DNA from: Hyphochytrium catenoides
Taxonomy: Eukaryota; Protista; Hyphochytriomycota
Direction of reading: 5' to 3'
DNA: 64,000 nt
Assembly (NCBI GenBank): GCA_900088475.1
Contig: FLMG01001570.1
Location: 62,001 to 126,000, forward strand
How positions within the stretch are numbered: the first letter of the stretch is position 1; each line of letters begins with the position of its first letter. Under the pieces are notes generated by a model. It was not told the origin of the DNA and ran no database searches. It saw only the letters and a list, made by a program, of their open reading frames with translations. Positions 1 to 12,500 of this stretch are shown piece by piece. Both the position numbers and the translations under genes were made by a program.

Positions 1-3000
1 GTTGAAAGAAATCTTGCTAACTGCTAGTTCAAAACGTGAGGCGACGGAGGTTCCTGACGGCGTGAAGCTTGGATTTCCTTCCTCAACATCACCCTCTTCA
101 GTAATCTTTTCCATAGCAGGGACAGACTTGAACCTGGTGGCAGTCATGAGGGTTAAGTTGCCAATTTAACGTAGGGAAAGTCAGCAGATACAAGCGGCTG
201 CTGTAGTTATCCACAAGCTCATTGGTTGCACAGGGCGAAGCACATGCTCTTGCCTTTGTGTGTAAGCTACAATCTTATCTTTATTGCTTCCACTTACCTT
301 GCCACCCCACTGCTCTTATCTACAAATCTTAGGCTGTGAATAACTGGCTCCTTAACTTGCCGCGAGGGTCCAAAGAAACGATGAAGTGTAAACTGGTTGA
401 TGGCATTTTCACTAAGAGCTAAGTGCTTCAGAGCCGTAGGTTCAAGTCTTTCTCTGTGGGGTCGCAGATAAAGAGAGATGCGGATGTCCCACACATCGTC
501 ATTCTGACGCCGTTCCTCCACCTACGAAGTTGACGAGAAAGGCACGACGGCAGGGTCCATCGGGACACTCAGAGTCAGACGAGCACCACCCCGGCATTAG
601 GTTCTCCTTACCATGACATCTAAATCTGGCCGCCTTTGCAAGAGGGGAATAATCAGTCGCTTAAGCCCATCATGGACCTAAAGAAAGTCGTATCAAGGGA
701 AGGCATCGAAGCCGTAAGGATATACAGAAACAAATACATCAGCAACTGTTCACACACGACGGGCGATAGGCGCGGGAGTTTGCCTTACAGAAAAGGAGAT
801 CCTATTCAGCTGGATCTTTTGCAAGAAGTCATCCTCTCGGACGTCTCTGCCTTGGATAACAAACTTTATCCATTCCAGAAGAGCCTCCTGCAGAATTATG
901 GCCACATCGAGAGGCAGATGGAGGAGAGTTCGTGCGCAGGTTGCAGAANNNNNNNNNNNNNNNNNNNNNNNNNNNNNNNNNNNNNNNNNNNNNNNNNNNN
1001 NNNNNNNNNNNNNNNNNNNNNNNNNNNNNCCTAACCACTGGCGAGGTGAGCTCAATGGGAGCTGGAGGGTAGGCATCCAAGACCTTGGTCCAAACAGTTG
1101 CTGTGCAGGAATGCAACAAACGCTGAGTCCGGAGCTAGTGTAGCTTATTTCAACCTGAACCACTCTAGCGGGACACAATCTAGTGTTGGATAGAAAGAGT
1201 GGACCAGCACGCCACAGAGAGCCATGGCGAAACAGTAGCCACCGAGGCCCTATTGGCTGCCCCAGTCTGCTTCCCTAAATCCACGCCGTGAATACTGTGG
1301 AGTATCCACCTGACTCTTCAAACCCTCAAAGCTTCTAACACTGGGACTGCTCACTTCCCGGACTATTCTTACCAGTACCATGCGACCCCGAGAGCATCGC
1401 TTGCACGCTCTCTGATCTTTCTCTAGCAGCTTCAGAAATGCTAAGGCGGGATCCCAGATCAGGTTCCACAGACTCTCCACCTCCCATGCCCCACATGCTG
1501 CTGACTTGCTTCAAAAGATTGAACTTCTGCTGCTTACCCTCACCACCTCCCCGCACCGCTTTCAGGACGACACCTCCTAGCAGAAGATAGCAGTTGGGAC
1601 CTTAGAGTGCATCCCATACTAGCATTACGATGGACGAAACAAGAAGTTTGGAAAGAAACGATCCCGTAGGGAAAGCAAACGTCCCTATCTCCTCTACCAG
1701 AAGCTGACTTACCCTTCGGGGGCTGATCGGGTGCGGATCCATTAGAGAACGGAGGCTGGATGGACGAAAGCTGTCGCTGTTGCATAGAGAAAGTCCCGAG
1801 ATCGGAGCTCTCAGCGACTCTTCAAAGAGTAAACGATACCTAACCTGGGGAGGATAGGGAAGTTCATCGGTGCTGACCTTCAAACAATCCATTCTTTCCT
1901 GCAGGGCTGCAGTTTCCTCCTGATAACTTTTCCTGATCATCATATCTCTGGCGTGAGATCGTTCAATTTCCTGTATGATAATTTGGAGTCAAAATAACCC
2001 CTTTGTAAGGGTGGGAGCTGCAAACGAGTCCAAGGGCGAACCTTTTCTGCTCTTTCTATGTATGTTGTCTGCAGTAATAACTGCTCATTTAAGCGGTCCA
2101 TCTGACAGGGGCAAAGAGGAGTTCAGACGACCCCAGACAACATTTCAGGGAGTTTTAAGAGGCACAGAGAATTCCTGAGGTGAGCGTGAGGCGACAACTG
2201 AATGACGGCTTAGCAAGGATCTCTTTCTAAGGAAAAGAAGACAGAAGATGACGACATGATTGTTCAATGGGCTGACCTGTATGGACATAGCCCGCATCAC
2301 CTTCCTATACTTTGACAGCTGCTCGTCAAAGAAATGGAGCACGGTATCACATAGCTCCTGTTAAGAGGACAATCAAGCGTAAGTTGCTGCCATAGATGTA
2401 GTGATTAGAGTACGATTCAGCTCCACGCTCTTAGATAGTTATTCATCAAGGAGGAGACTATACGTAGCTCATCGACCAGCAAGGAAGAATCTTTGTCAGC
2501 AAGAAATAGTATATCCTCATCAATAAGGAGAGGTAGAAAGGAGAAGGAGATAGCCCTCCGCTAATTGTCCTTACCAGATCCACCTCCTTAAGCACAGAGA
2601 GGAGGTAAGCCTTTGCTTCAGTGTCATCGTCAATCGCTGGACGTTCATCTTCCGGCGATGTCAGGAGATGAACCATATCTAACTCCTCTTTGAGGTTCCT
2701 AAGTTCCTTTATATGAAGATGAAAATGGGATAAGTAGTGTTATAGAGATAGAGCTGGCTTGCTACCAGAAGACAGTGAGACAAATGGCGAGAGTTCCACG
2801 TACCTCAATGCCTCGTCGCTGCTCGTGCTCTAACTCCGACACTCTTAGTTTCAACTGCAATTACAAAATATATGAAGGAAGGCTGCTTAGTCAAGCAATC
2901 CATCATAGGCGGAGCATAAGAAAGAGATAAGGAAGGGATGAAAGATGACCAAGTTTGTAGCGACGAAGTCTAGGATAGCAAGCTTACACTATCAGCATCC

Positions 3001-5368
3001 TTCTGATAGCCAGTAGAGACATCCCATGAATCCACTAGCTCCTCATACTTCTGCGTCCAGGATGCAATGTTGGCACTCAATGTCGCCGTACCGCTCTCCA
3101 GCTCAGCTACTTGCACATCCTTTTCTACCACCTGGAACATCCAAAGTTTAGGGACTTCGAAACTATCAACGGAGAATCTAGAGCATTGCAAGCATGCACT
3201 GCCAAACCTGATCCCTCGCTGCGTCACGCTCATCTATTAGTGTTGCCACAAGCTCTCTGAGCTTCTTGTACTCCTGGTAAACATCCAACACCGAATGTAG
3301 ATCATCTTCTTCGCCATTCTCACGCTCCCGCTCGCTGGAAAGCTGTGCTATTAACCTATCCTGCTCTTGGATCTATCGGACAGATAAGAGGATAGAGGAG
3401 TTACCGGTCATGTCCTGTCCCGTTGAATTTCTTCTCCATGGGCAAAGTCACAGTTAGCCCTTTGTCTGTGTATTCTCCATTTGTACACCACTCCAGTTAA
3501 CCTCATCTTTGGCTGCGATCTCAGCCCGCCGCCTCGTAAACCATGATTCCTTTTTTTTTGCCCTTCGTTACTACCGACCTGCTGCTGAGCCTCCTCGTAT
3601 AACTGTTTGTACTTCGCCGGGGATAAATCTTTGTGCTTTCTTGGTCTATTCTCCACGTACTGTGCACCCATTCCAAAACGAATCGCAGAGAGGGTCTCGA
3701 CCAAATTCTCACTCCCTCCATGGCAAGCAATGATGAAGGTACTTTTCATCTGTCCTCCTACAGCGTCCTAAGAGGAGAGTAAGGAGTGGTAGCAGGTGCC
3801 GTAATACTGGGTGTCAGGAAAGGGTAGGGATAGAGATTGCCAAAAAGTAAAGCTGTAAACAGCTATTGATGAGAATATAATACCCCTAAAGTGACCCTGC
3901 CGTCTCATAATTTAGCATACCTGCAGCATCCGAGTCAGCTTCGAGTCCTTGTATGGGATGTTGTCTGGATGAGGTGAACTCAGTGCTTCCACTACATTCT
4001 CCAGCATCCTGAGCGACTTATGTACATAACTCACTTGGGCGTTGGACTGTGCTCCCCTAACAGGATTCTTTGGCAAGACATACAAAATAGTTGTCAGCTC
4101 ATGCTTTGCAGTCGTCCTGCGGTCTTTGCCACGTGCTGAGTACAAAACCGCAAACCGAAGTCCATGCAAGGTCCAGCTCACGGCCGAACATAGTCGCACC
4201 CACGTCGTCGAGCTTGATCCGCGCTTCTCTCTTCTCCCGGCTTGCACATTCATTGTGTGCTCTTACCTTTTCTGAGCCCGCAAGGTCAACAAAGAGAATT
4301 CGGCTTGTTTTTCGTTCCTCACTAACGATATCCCTTTGGGTCAGAGTGATGCGAAAGAGACAATGGCCCCGTGCCACATCTATGTTCTGTTTGGTGGCAT
4401 TGAGGGCTCGATTGGCCACTCCATAGCGTAAAACAGCCAGTAAGTCCTCGGCACTGGCTACCCCCACCTGCACTGCGTAATCAGTAAATGCATCCCATTT
4501 CAGGGTATATTGATCTGAACTCTATGCCTACCACTGCCGCGCCTTCCACCCAAACGCCGGTGGACGCTTCCTCTTTCAGTCGTAGGTTTGTCTGTTGAAA
4601 CAATGGACAGCGGCTAGCGGTTTAGAATGCCTTGATAAACAATGACGAGAACCTATTGCATATGAGGTTCTCACCTTGGCAGGTTGCAGTAGGTCAAATA
4701 TCTTCTCTGCATAGATCTGCACAAAGGAGGCTTGAACGATAAACTCCAGATTGCTCGATGACGTAGCAATCTCTGAAAAGATATCCAGGCAGGCTCGAGG
4801 GATTAGTCCCCGATATTCAGGATCGAATAACACCTTCACGCAAACAGAAGATGTTAGGTTAACATAATTCTTGATGATCGTTTTCGAGACTCAGCAACGT
4901 TTCTTCTAGATTTACCCCTTCTAATGTATATGTCTTGCCAGCGTTGGTCTGACCGTACAGCATGACAGCCGCCGAGTAACCATCAAAGAGACTCGTAATG
5001 TGAGGTTTCGTTGTCACTTCATAAACTTCAGCCTAGAATAACGAACGGTTAGCATCCCCTACCATTGGGCCTATATGCGTGGTGTTAATTGTTACCTGTC
5101 CAGCTTCAGGTCCAAAGGCGTGGTCAAACTCAAAGGAGGTGAAAGATGAAGCCCTCTGCTGATCGGATCCTGATAGAAACTTCACGCAAGTACCATTGCT
5201 AACCTCAATACAGTGAAATCCTGATGGCTGGTCGTCCTCATCGTCATGATGCACTGCTCGAACACGGCAACATACACGGATATTGGAGAGGGTACGATAG
5301 CTCTTGCCAAAGGAACTGGCTTTCTTTGATGCCGCAAAGGCTGCACGCTTATTCGGCTCTCGTGCCAT
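1..5368 (-). CDS. Divergent kinesin-1-like protein (multi-exon; N-terminal motor, coiled coil, tail; 3' end runs off window)
   Basis: Spliced exons give NIRVCCRVR, FEFDHAFGP, P-loop YGQTNAGKTYT (about 4932-4954), RGLIPRA, FVQIYAEKIFDLL, switch II DLAGSEK, IPYKDSKLTRMLQ and ETLSAIRFG. Coiled-coil exons follow (3373-1840), then a VVLKAVRGGG tail motif (about 1542-1571). Inclusion of exons below about 1300 in the same gene is less certain (N-gap 949-1029). Confidence 0.85.
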
Positions 5369-5944
5369 CTCTTTCTGCGCCGCTTTCTCCCAATCTAGGG
5401 AGAGGGACTACTCATTGCAATGAACTCTCCCTAAATGTATCCGGAAAACTTCAGAATAGCTGCAACAAAGCGATCCTCAGAACCCCAACAAGGCCCACAA
5501 TTCATGCTTTCTACAGCTGCTTGAGACTCGCGCCGCGGCCCATCACCGACATCTTCAAGAGACAGAATGGAGTCAATAGTACTAGAAAGCTATAGCGTCG
5601 GTAGTCCAAGAGATGCAATCATCAAAAAGCGCCAGAACACGATAAATCTTCGTTCGTCCCTCATACTCATGATGTTAGGACACGCCACCCAATAATAGAC
5701 CTCCCAGCAACCACCTCCAATGAAGGATGACTGAGAAAGACTCTCATCTATACCCGGAGATTGACCGGATGCGGTCCTGTTCTTAGTCCCCGCAACTAGG
5801 CTGGCTCTGATTGGCCACTGGTCCCGTAGTAGTAAGTTTAGAACAAGGAAAGGTATACCCCATTAGCTACAGGAAGCCGCACAAGTAGTAATACTATGAA
5901 GGACCGTTAAGTGATGGCAGCAAGAGACAGGAAGAACTACATTA

Positions 5945-6025
5945 GAGAACTCCCCCTTGACAATTGAGAGGAATCAGACTCTCCAGACCTCCCCCTTGAC
6001 CAAGTCTCCAGAGCTCCCCCTGACC
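5945..6025 (+). repeat. Three imperfect copies of about 19 bp CTCCAGA(C/G)CTCCCC(C)TTGAC in the kinesin/SPT6 divergent intergenic region
   Basis: gagaactcccccttgac / ctccagacctcccccttgac / ctccagagctccccctgac seen directly. Confidence 0.7.
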
Positions 6026-6546
6026 AGAAGGTTCAACGGATGGACGCTAACGGTAGAAATGCCCGTGAATGATGCAATTCATGTTCTACAGTCCGCTAAC
6101 TCGCAAGTGGACAAACACCGTAAGTCTTGCTGGAAGCTGCCCTCAAGGCCATAAGAGAGAGTACATGGAAGGGACAGCCTTGCGGAGTATGTTGTTGTTA
6201 ATGTTGGCAAAAAGAGGCTAATAAATGGAGACGCGAGAGCTAACAAAGTAATGCTAACGAAGATCATCGGATCTCATTGAAGATCACAGCAGCCCTCGGT
6301 CTTCCTCAACCAAGGGTTACAGAGTGTAGGAAACTTGCTTCGCACCAGCACACTGCCCAGCAGCCTCCTTTGGGCTTTACAGTCTCTTGTTATGCACTCC
6401 TAATCCTTAATCCAAACTCTTGGTAATCTTAACCAGTCGGCGACGTTGGTCAGGAGCGTCTTAGGTAGACTGCGCTTATTCCCAGTTCCAGCACTGCAAG
6501 CTACTATTGTCGAAGACCAATCGTGGCCCTTCAGGCTGCGGTGGAG

Positions 6547-9500
6547 ATGTCAGACGGTGAGAAGTGGAGCATTTAGATTTTGAACCTTCTAAACTACTTA
6601 CTTATGAGCACAATGTCGACACAGACGAGCAGCCAAAGTCACCCGATGTCAGCGATTCGGAGTCAGACGCTGGTAAATCGTATAAGGTCACCTTTAGGCC
6701 ATGTCGAGAGTTAACGCTTTGTTTCATCAACTAGATGCCGGCCGTAAGGCAGAGAAGAAAGGAAAGAAGTTGGTTGTCTCCGATGATGAAGAGAGCGACG
6801 TAGAGAAGGTAAGGGAAGTCAAGGGCGGTGATCGTTTCCATAGCATTTCATATGTGGCCTTGGTGGTTGCAGATCAAGACGAAGAAGAAAAAGAAGAAGA
6901 AGAAGAGCTCTCTTATTGAAGATGAGGCTTCTGAGAGCGAGGACGCCGAAGACCTGGGCTCTGATGAGGACGAAGACGAGGATGACGAGGATGAGAACGA
7001 CTACGTAAACGATGGTTTCGTGGTTGATGACGTAGATGAGGATCATAGTAATGACGGTATGGTGTCTGCTTTTTGCATACTGTGCGGTCGGGGCTCCCTC
7101 CTTTACTGCTGCTTTGATATCTTGGCTTCGTCTGTGACTGCCCCTGTGAGCGATATGGGCTATGGTTGACTCTATCATGGAAAATTTTGATGTCTTTAGA
7201 AAGTCGCAAGAAGCATAAGCGCCGACGGCACAGCTCTCCTGATCGGCGCTTGAAAAGGCTGAAAAGGAAGAAGGCCGAGGTAAGGAAATCGGAGGTCCAA
7301 GCCCAGTGATGCTATGGGTTTTTACTCCGACGTCTACTGCCGCATAGGAGGAGCTCGATGAGGAGGACTACGACCTTATCAAGGAAAACTTAGGAATAGA
7401 CGAAGATGAGGGCTACCGGGCTGCAGAAAGAGAAAGGCGCGAAAGAGAAAGGCGCGAAGCTGAACGGCGGGAGCGTCAGGAAGTCGTGGCATCATCAAAG
7501 AAAGACTTAGAAAAAGGGCTTTTTGGTGAAGATGACGAAGAATCAGAAGCTGAGCCTGATAAGGCTACTGCAGACCGGGATCGGGAAAGGGAACGAGAGA
7601 GAGAGAGGTCGAGAAGGAGGATGGACGAGAGAGAAGAGTTTGACAGCGATGAAATGGACGACTTCATAGTTGATGACGATGAAGAGGGAGATGGTGGTGA
7701 TGGCAGGGAGGAGCGAAGGCCCCGCCCGGCTCGGCCCAGCATGAGAAGACATGCGTATATGGGAGGACCTTCTATGGAGGAGCTAGATGAGGCAGAGGAG
7801 CTTTTTGGTGATATGGGCGACTTCTTCGCGTCAGTGCGACAAGAAAAAGAGCCAGAGCAGGATGAAGCAGAGGGAGGAGGCATGGGACAGAAAAAGAAGT
7901 CAAGTAAGGTCAATCTAGTTGTCCTGATGGTTCGCTTGTAGTTCTGAAACATGTTGCCCTGCTTTGCAACCCTTTCAGTGAGCATGAAGGCCATGTATGA
8001 GCCGAGCATTCTTAGGGAAAATCTTTGCACGGACCAAGACGAGCAGGTTAGAGTACATATTCCGGTAGACGAGTTGCCATTGTCGTCTTACACCGCGTTT
8101 CTTGGGCTAGATCCGACAAAGTGACATCCCAGAGAGGTTTCAGGTGAAAGGACAGCCACCAAAACCTATTGACCCGGAGGAGAGAAATGAAGAGGTAGAG
8201 CATAAACCGTTTCTTCCATACCCTTGTCTCTATGGGCTTACTTGCCTAGTATAAGCAGGACTCTTATTCGTATCGTTTCTTCCGTGTCCGTTCGACTTTG
8301 TCCTCCATCCACCTTTGCTTGTTGAACAAGGACGACTCTCCCTGTTTCTATATCTATCGTTCTATCCTCTTCCTGACGAAGTACGCTGGGGTGTATGTTA
8401 GGCGGAATGGATCTTTGATCAGCTTCAGTTTGAGCGAAGAAAGGACCGCGGCTCAACCGTTGCAGCAATCGAGAGCATTCTGAAGTTTTATCAGGTAGGG
8501 AGAGCCCTTGACAAAAGTGCTTGCTTAAATGTATTAGACAGTGTGCTTTGGCATCATTACTCTTGGTGGTTAAGTCGTTCTCCGACATTCTAACCTTTCA
8601 CGTTGCCTTCTGCACTAGGATGATCAATTGGAGCCAATCTTCGTTTTCACTTATCGCAAGGAATACTATCAGCCTGCAGGTGCTTAGTGAACGGCTGTTT
8701 GCGTCCTCTAATCATTGAGTAGTCTAACCTGTCCATGACCCATAACATATGGCGCAGGGCTTCGTTTGAATCACCTTTGGGATATATTAGATCTAGATGA
8801 GCGTTGGCTGGAGATGACAAAGAGGAAGAAGACGGTAGAAACAATGCTTCAGGTACGTGCAGTCTGAATATAGTAGTTGGGCCACACTTAAAGCTAGCTA
8901 TAATCTACCTCTATTAAAGGTTTCTGCTACTTCTTCTCGTGATCCCGATAGGCAAGGCTGGTTGTCTCCTGCTATTTCCCTTAAGAAATCTATCCACTCC
9001 TTCTTGCTTTCATAAGGGCGTGTCGCTTCCTCTATCCTCTCTTTCTTGCTTCCTCAAAAGCGTGTCGCTTCCTTTGTGCTAGGGTTTGAGTTTACGCGAA
9101 GAGATGGACGAGAGTCAGGAAGGAGATGCGGAACCTCCAGGTGGCAGCCAGATTGGTGAGGGACTCGTGGAAAGGCCTGAGGATACATACCGCATGATGC
9201 TAGAGTCAGCATTTACTGAGGACGAGCTTAGGGATTTAAGAGACTACTTGCAGATGGGTCAGGTATGGACCCATAGGAAGAAGGCAAGCGAGAGAGGAAG
9301 TATATTATAGGGTGACGAAGGTGAAGGCATAGAATATTAGCGCTGAACGAGAGACGAATTGAGTAGAAATAGGACTGCATCTGGTTGCCTCTCACGCGTT
9401 CGCGCTTCAAGGGAGAGACAGATACGTCCAGCACCAGGTCTCGACGACCCGTGAAGCGCGACTTCATAAAGCTGCTAAAGAAGGCGAACATCGACAAGCT

Positions 9501-12500
9501 CTGTCAGAGCTTTGCCTTAACTGCCACCCAGTTAGGCCGGTCGCTAATGACCAATACCAAGAAGTACATTCCAAAGAGTCCAGAAAGGTAATCGACAGTG
9601 TTAGTGTTGTGGCACCCTGGACACTCAAGTTCTAGGGTGTACGGCTCCATCCTGCAGTCACTCATGGCAAAATTGAATGGCAGTCTGAACATCTCTTGAC
9701 GGCCACTTGTCACCTATGCGTCCGCTTCGGTTAGATGGCTGTTGATTTCCTAAAGTTTGTCTTCTCCCCTGGGTTCGCAGTCTTCCAGAAGATTTCGCAT
9801 TGAACTTCGTGAATGCGGATTACTTCGCCACCGAGCACCAAGTGCTGAAAGCTGCACGACATCTCCTCGCTTGCGAGATCGGAGGGGAGCCACAGGTAAG
9901 CTGTTCTTGTACTGCAGTGTTTGGCATACTTCACCAGCAACGCTAGTTGACTTTGGGGAGACTTCAGCAGGGAAAGTTAAGTAAGGGACGAGAGAGATGA
10001 GCAGGTTAAAGTGACATTAGCCTCTAAATTAGATGATTACTCTACGAGTCTCCAAAGAGTTTCAAATGGGAGCTGAGGAGTTTAGAATGCTGACTTCTGC
10101 GAATGATGAGCTAATATACTTCCTTGGTCTTAGATTCGGTCGGTGATGCGGAGGTTGTACCGGCAGAATGTCACATTGAGTACACGACCCACCCCCAAGG
10201 GCAGGGGAGAAATTGACCCGTGCCACTACTGCCACGGGTTGCAATACCTGGAAAGGAAGCCGGCCTTACACTTCCTTCAGCCTCCCTCATCTCAGTATCT
10301 TACGCTCGTGAAAGCTGAAAAGGAAGGCTTCATAGTAATAGAGATGGATGTAAGGAACACTTGCATATTTGAATGGGACTTCTATTCTACAAAGGATGCG
10401 TTTCATTACCCTCTGCACGTGATCTGCCTCATCCCTCCTTGCGCTATATATATATGTATTTACATTGCTACTTCTCTGTTAGCTGGCTTGACCCCTTTTT
10501 AAAACCAACACCTCGTCTGCTCTATCTCTTCGCGCGGTCTGTTGATGCCCTCTAAACAGCCACCCCAAGAGCACGTGTTCCTTGATATTGTGGAGCCTCT
10601 CTTTCTCGACATTGGGGCAGCTACCGCTGAGTGGGACGAGCAGCGGCGGATGATTCTTGAGGTATGAGTAAGCCATGTCAAGTCCATACATTTCCGGTAC
10701 TTAGTATTTCTTTGCTACCTATCACTGCCAACCGCTCTAGGAAGCTCTGCGACGACACCTTCTCCCTTCTTTGGAAAGGGAGCTCCGTGAGGAGCTGTTA
10801 CGAACCAGCAGAGAGTCCGTGGCAAAGGAAGCCGCAGCGAATCTGATGAGGAAGCTTAAGATGGCACCTTTTAGGTGAGGAATAAGAGTATTCTGACTGT
10901 GGAGTGCCCCGTTTAGACCTTGAAGCATCATAAAGCTTGTCATCATATCCATGTTATTATATCCACTCATTCACATCAACGTTATCATATCTACTCATTC
11001 ACCTTATCCCGTACTGCTGAGAGCTCTGAGCTGACCAGCACTCGTTACCTTACCTTCCTGCTCTATGTCTCCCGCTCAGACCCGCCGACCACAAGGACAC
11101 GTTCAATCCTGGAGTTCAGAAGGATGTGCGCATCATGGCTTTCTCTGTAGCAGCCGATCACAAGGATAGGACTTTTGCGGCAGTTGTGAGCAGAGACGGC
11201 TCTCTCATAGACTTCAAAGCATTCCCCGGTAAGTACACCAGACTTGAGGCGAATGATCAACATTTCGGGTTGGTAGTCCTCCTGTCCAACAAGTAGGACT
11301 CTATATGCACTACTCGGATGGGAGTTGATACTGCTAGGGATTCGGAAGGGCGAGGAGACGGAGATTTCCTCCTACGCCAGCCACTGAGTCTTCCCTTATA
11401 GGTTTTCGGGACCGTGATCTGAACTTGAAGGTGAAAGAATTCCTCCAGGACCATCGACCACACCTGGTGGTAGTTAGTACTTCCAGTGGTATGGTCTGCA
11501 GAAAGATGCTGGCTATTGTACGGGACCAGGTAACGAAAAATGATTCCTGTCATCTACGTTTTCACTCCTTTCTCGGTTCCCCTTCTGACTGTTGTATGCC
11601 TTTGTCCGCATACGTCAATATCCTGTCTGTTTGGGTCCCAGATTCGTTTCCTCTTTCCTCCTGAGAGCGAAGAGTCTCGGTCGAAAAGACCTCTTGCCCC
11701 AGAGCTCTGCTTCCTTGACGATGAAGTAGCACGAATATTCTCCACATCTCCCAGAGGCCTCAAGGAATTTCCTGACTACCATCCGAACTTACGACTCGGT
11801 ACGCCCTGTCATCCTTCTCTCCCTCTCGAGTATTATTTTTGTTGAGACGCCTAGTCTCTCATCAACTTACAGGGTGGTTTCTACTGTCGCGTGTAGAAGC
11901 CTCCAATTCAATCATGTTATCTGTCTTATCGCTGGGCGTTATCGTCAGTTTGCTTCTTGTCTGATATGGATGTCTCCAGCTATCGCGCTGGCCAGATATG
12001 CTCACAATCCAGCATCGGAGCTAAGCGCCTTATGGGGTACATCTGGACTTGACGATGCCTCTAAAGAGATTCTCTTCCTTAATCTTCACGAACATCAGGA
12101 CGAGGTCAGTTTCTTTCTCCCGGCATTGAGAGTCGTGATGCCTTTCCTCGTACATAAAAGCCCTTGCATCACCTTGACCCACTACGATTTCGACTGATGA
12201 ACCTCTCGCGGTTTGCTATGTTCCTCTTCCCCCAATGTGACGTTTGACCTCTCCTTTTCTTGCTGCAGGTGAGTCCTCAGATGCAGCTGAAGGAATATGA
12301 GCGTTGCTTCGTTGAGGTCATCAACATGGCAGGAGTTGACCTCAATCACGCAGCAAACAATGAGGTAAGGAATAGTGAACAGAACAGCTCTTGCTACATG
12401 GTCTTGTTTCCCATACTTACTCTTTTCTGACTTGCTACACAATGACTTACGACCTTGCCATCTCAGCATGCAGCCAGTCAATTGCAGTTCATATGCGGCT

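Noticed and set aside
949-1029. N runs (also 39215-39254, 59959-59990, 60602-60665)
   Set aside because: Assembly gaps or masking, not biology; they limit the kinesin and FARAT exon models.
9018-9073. 14-bp direct repeat GCGTGTCGCTTCCT in an SPT6 intron (similar small duplication in a BRF1 intron near 30715)
   Set aside because: Local micro-duplication; no terminal repeats or further copies to suggest a mobile element or introner.
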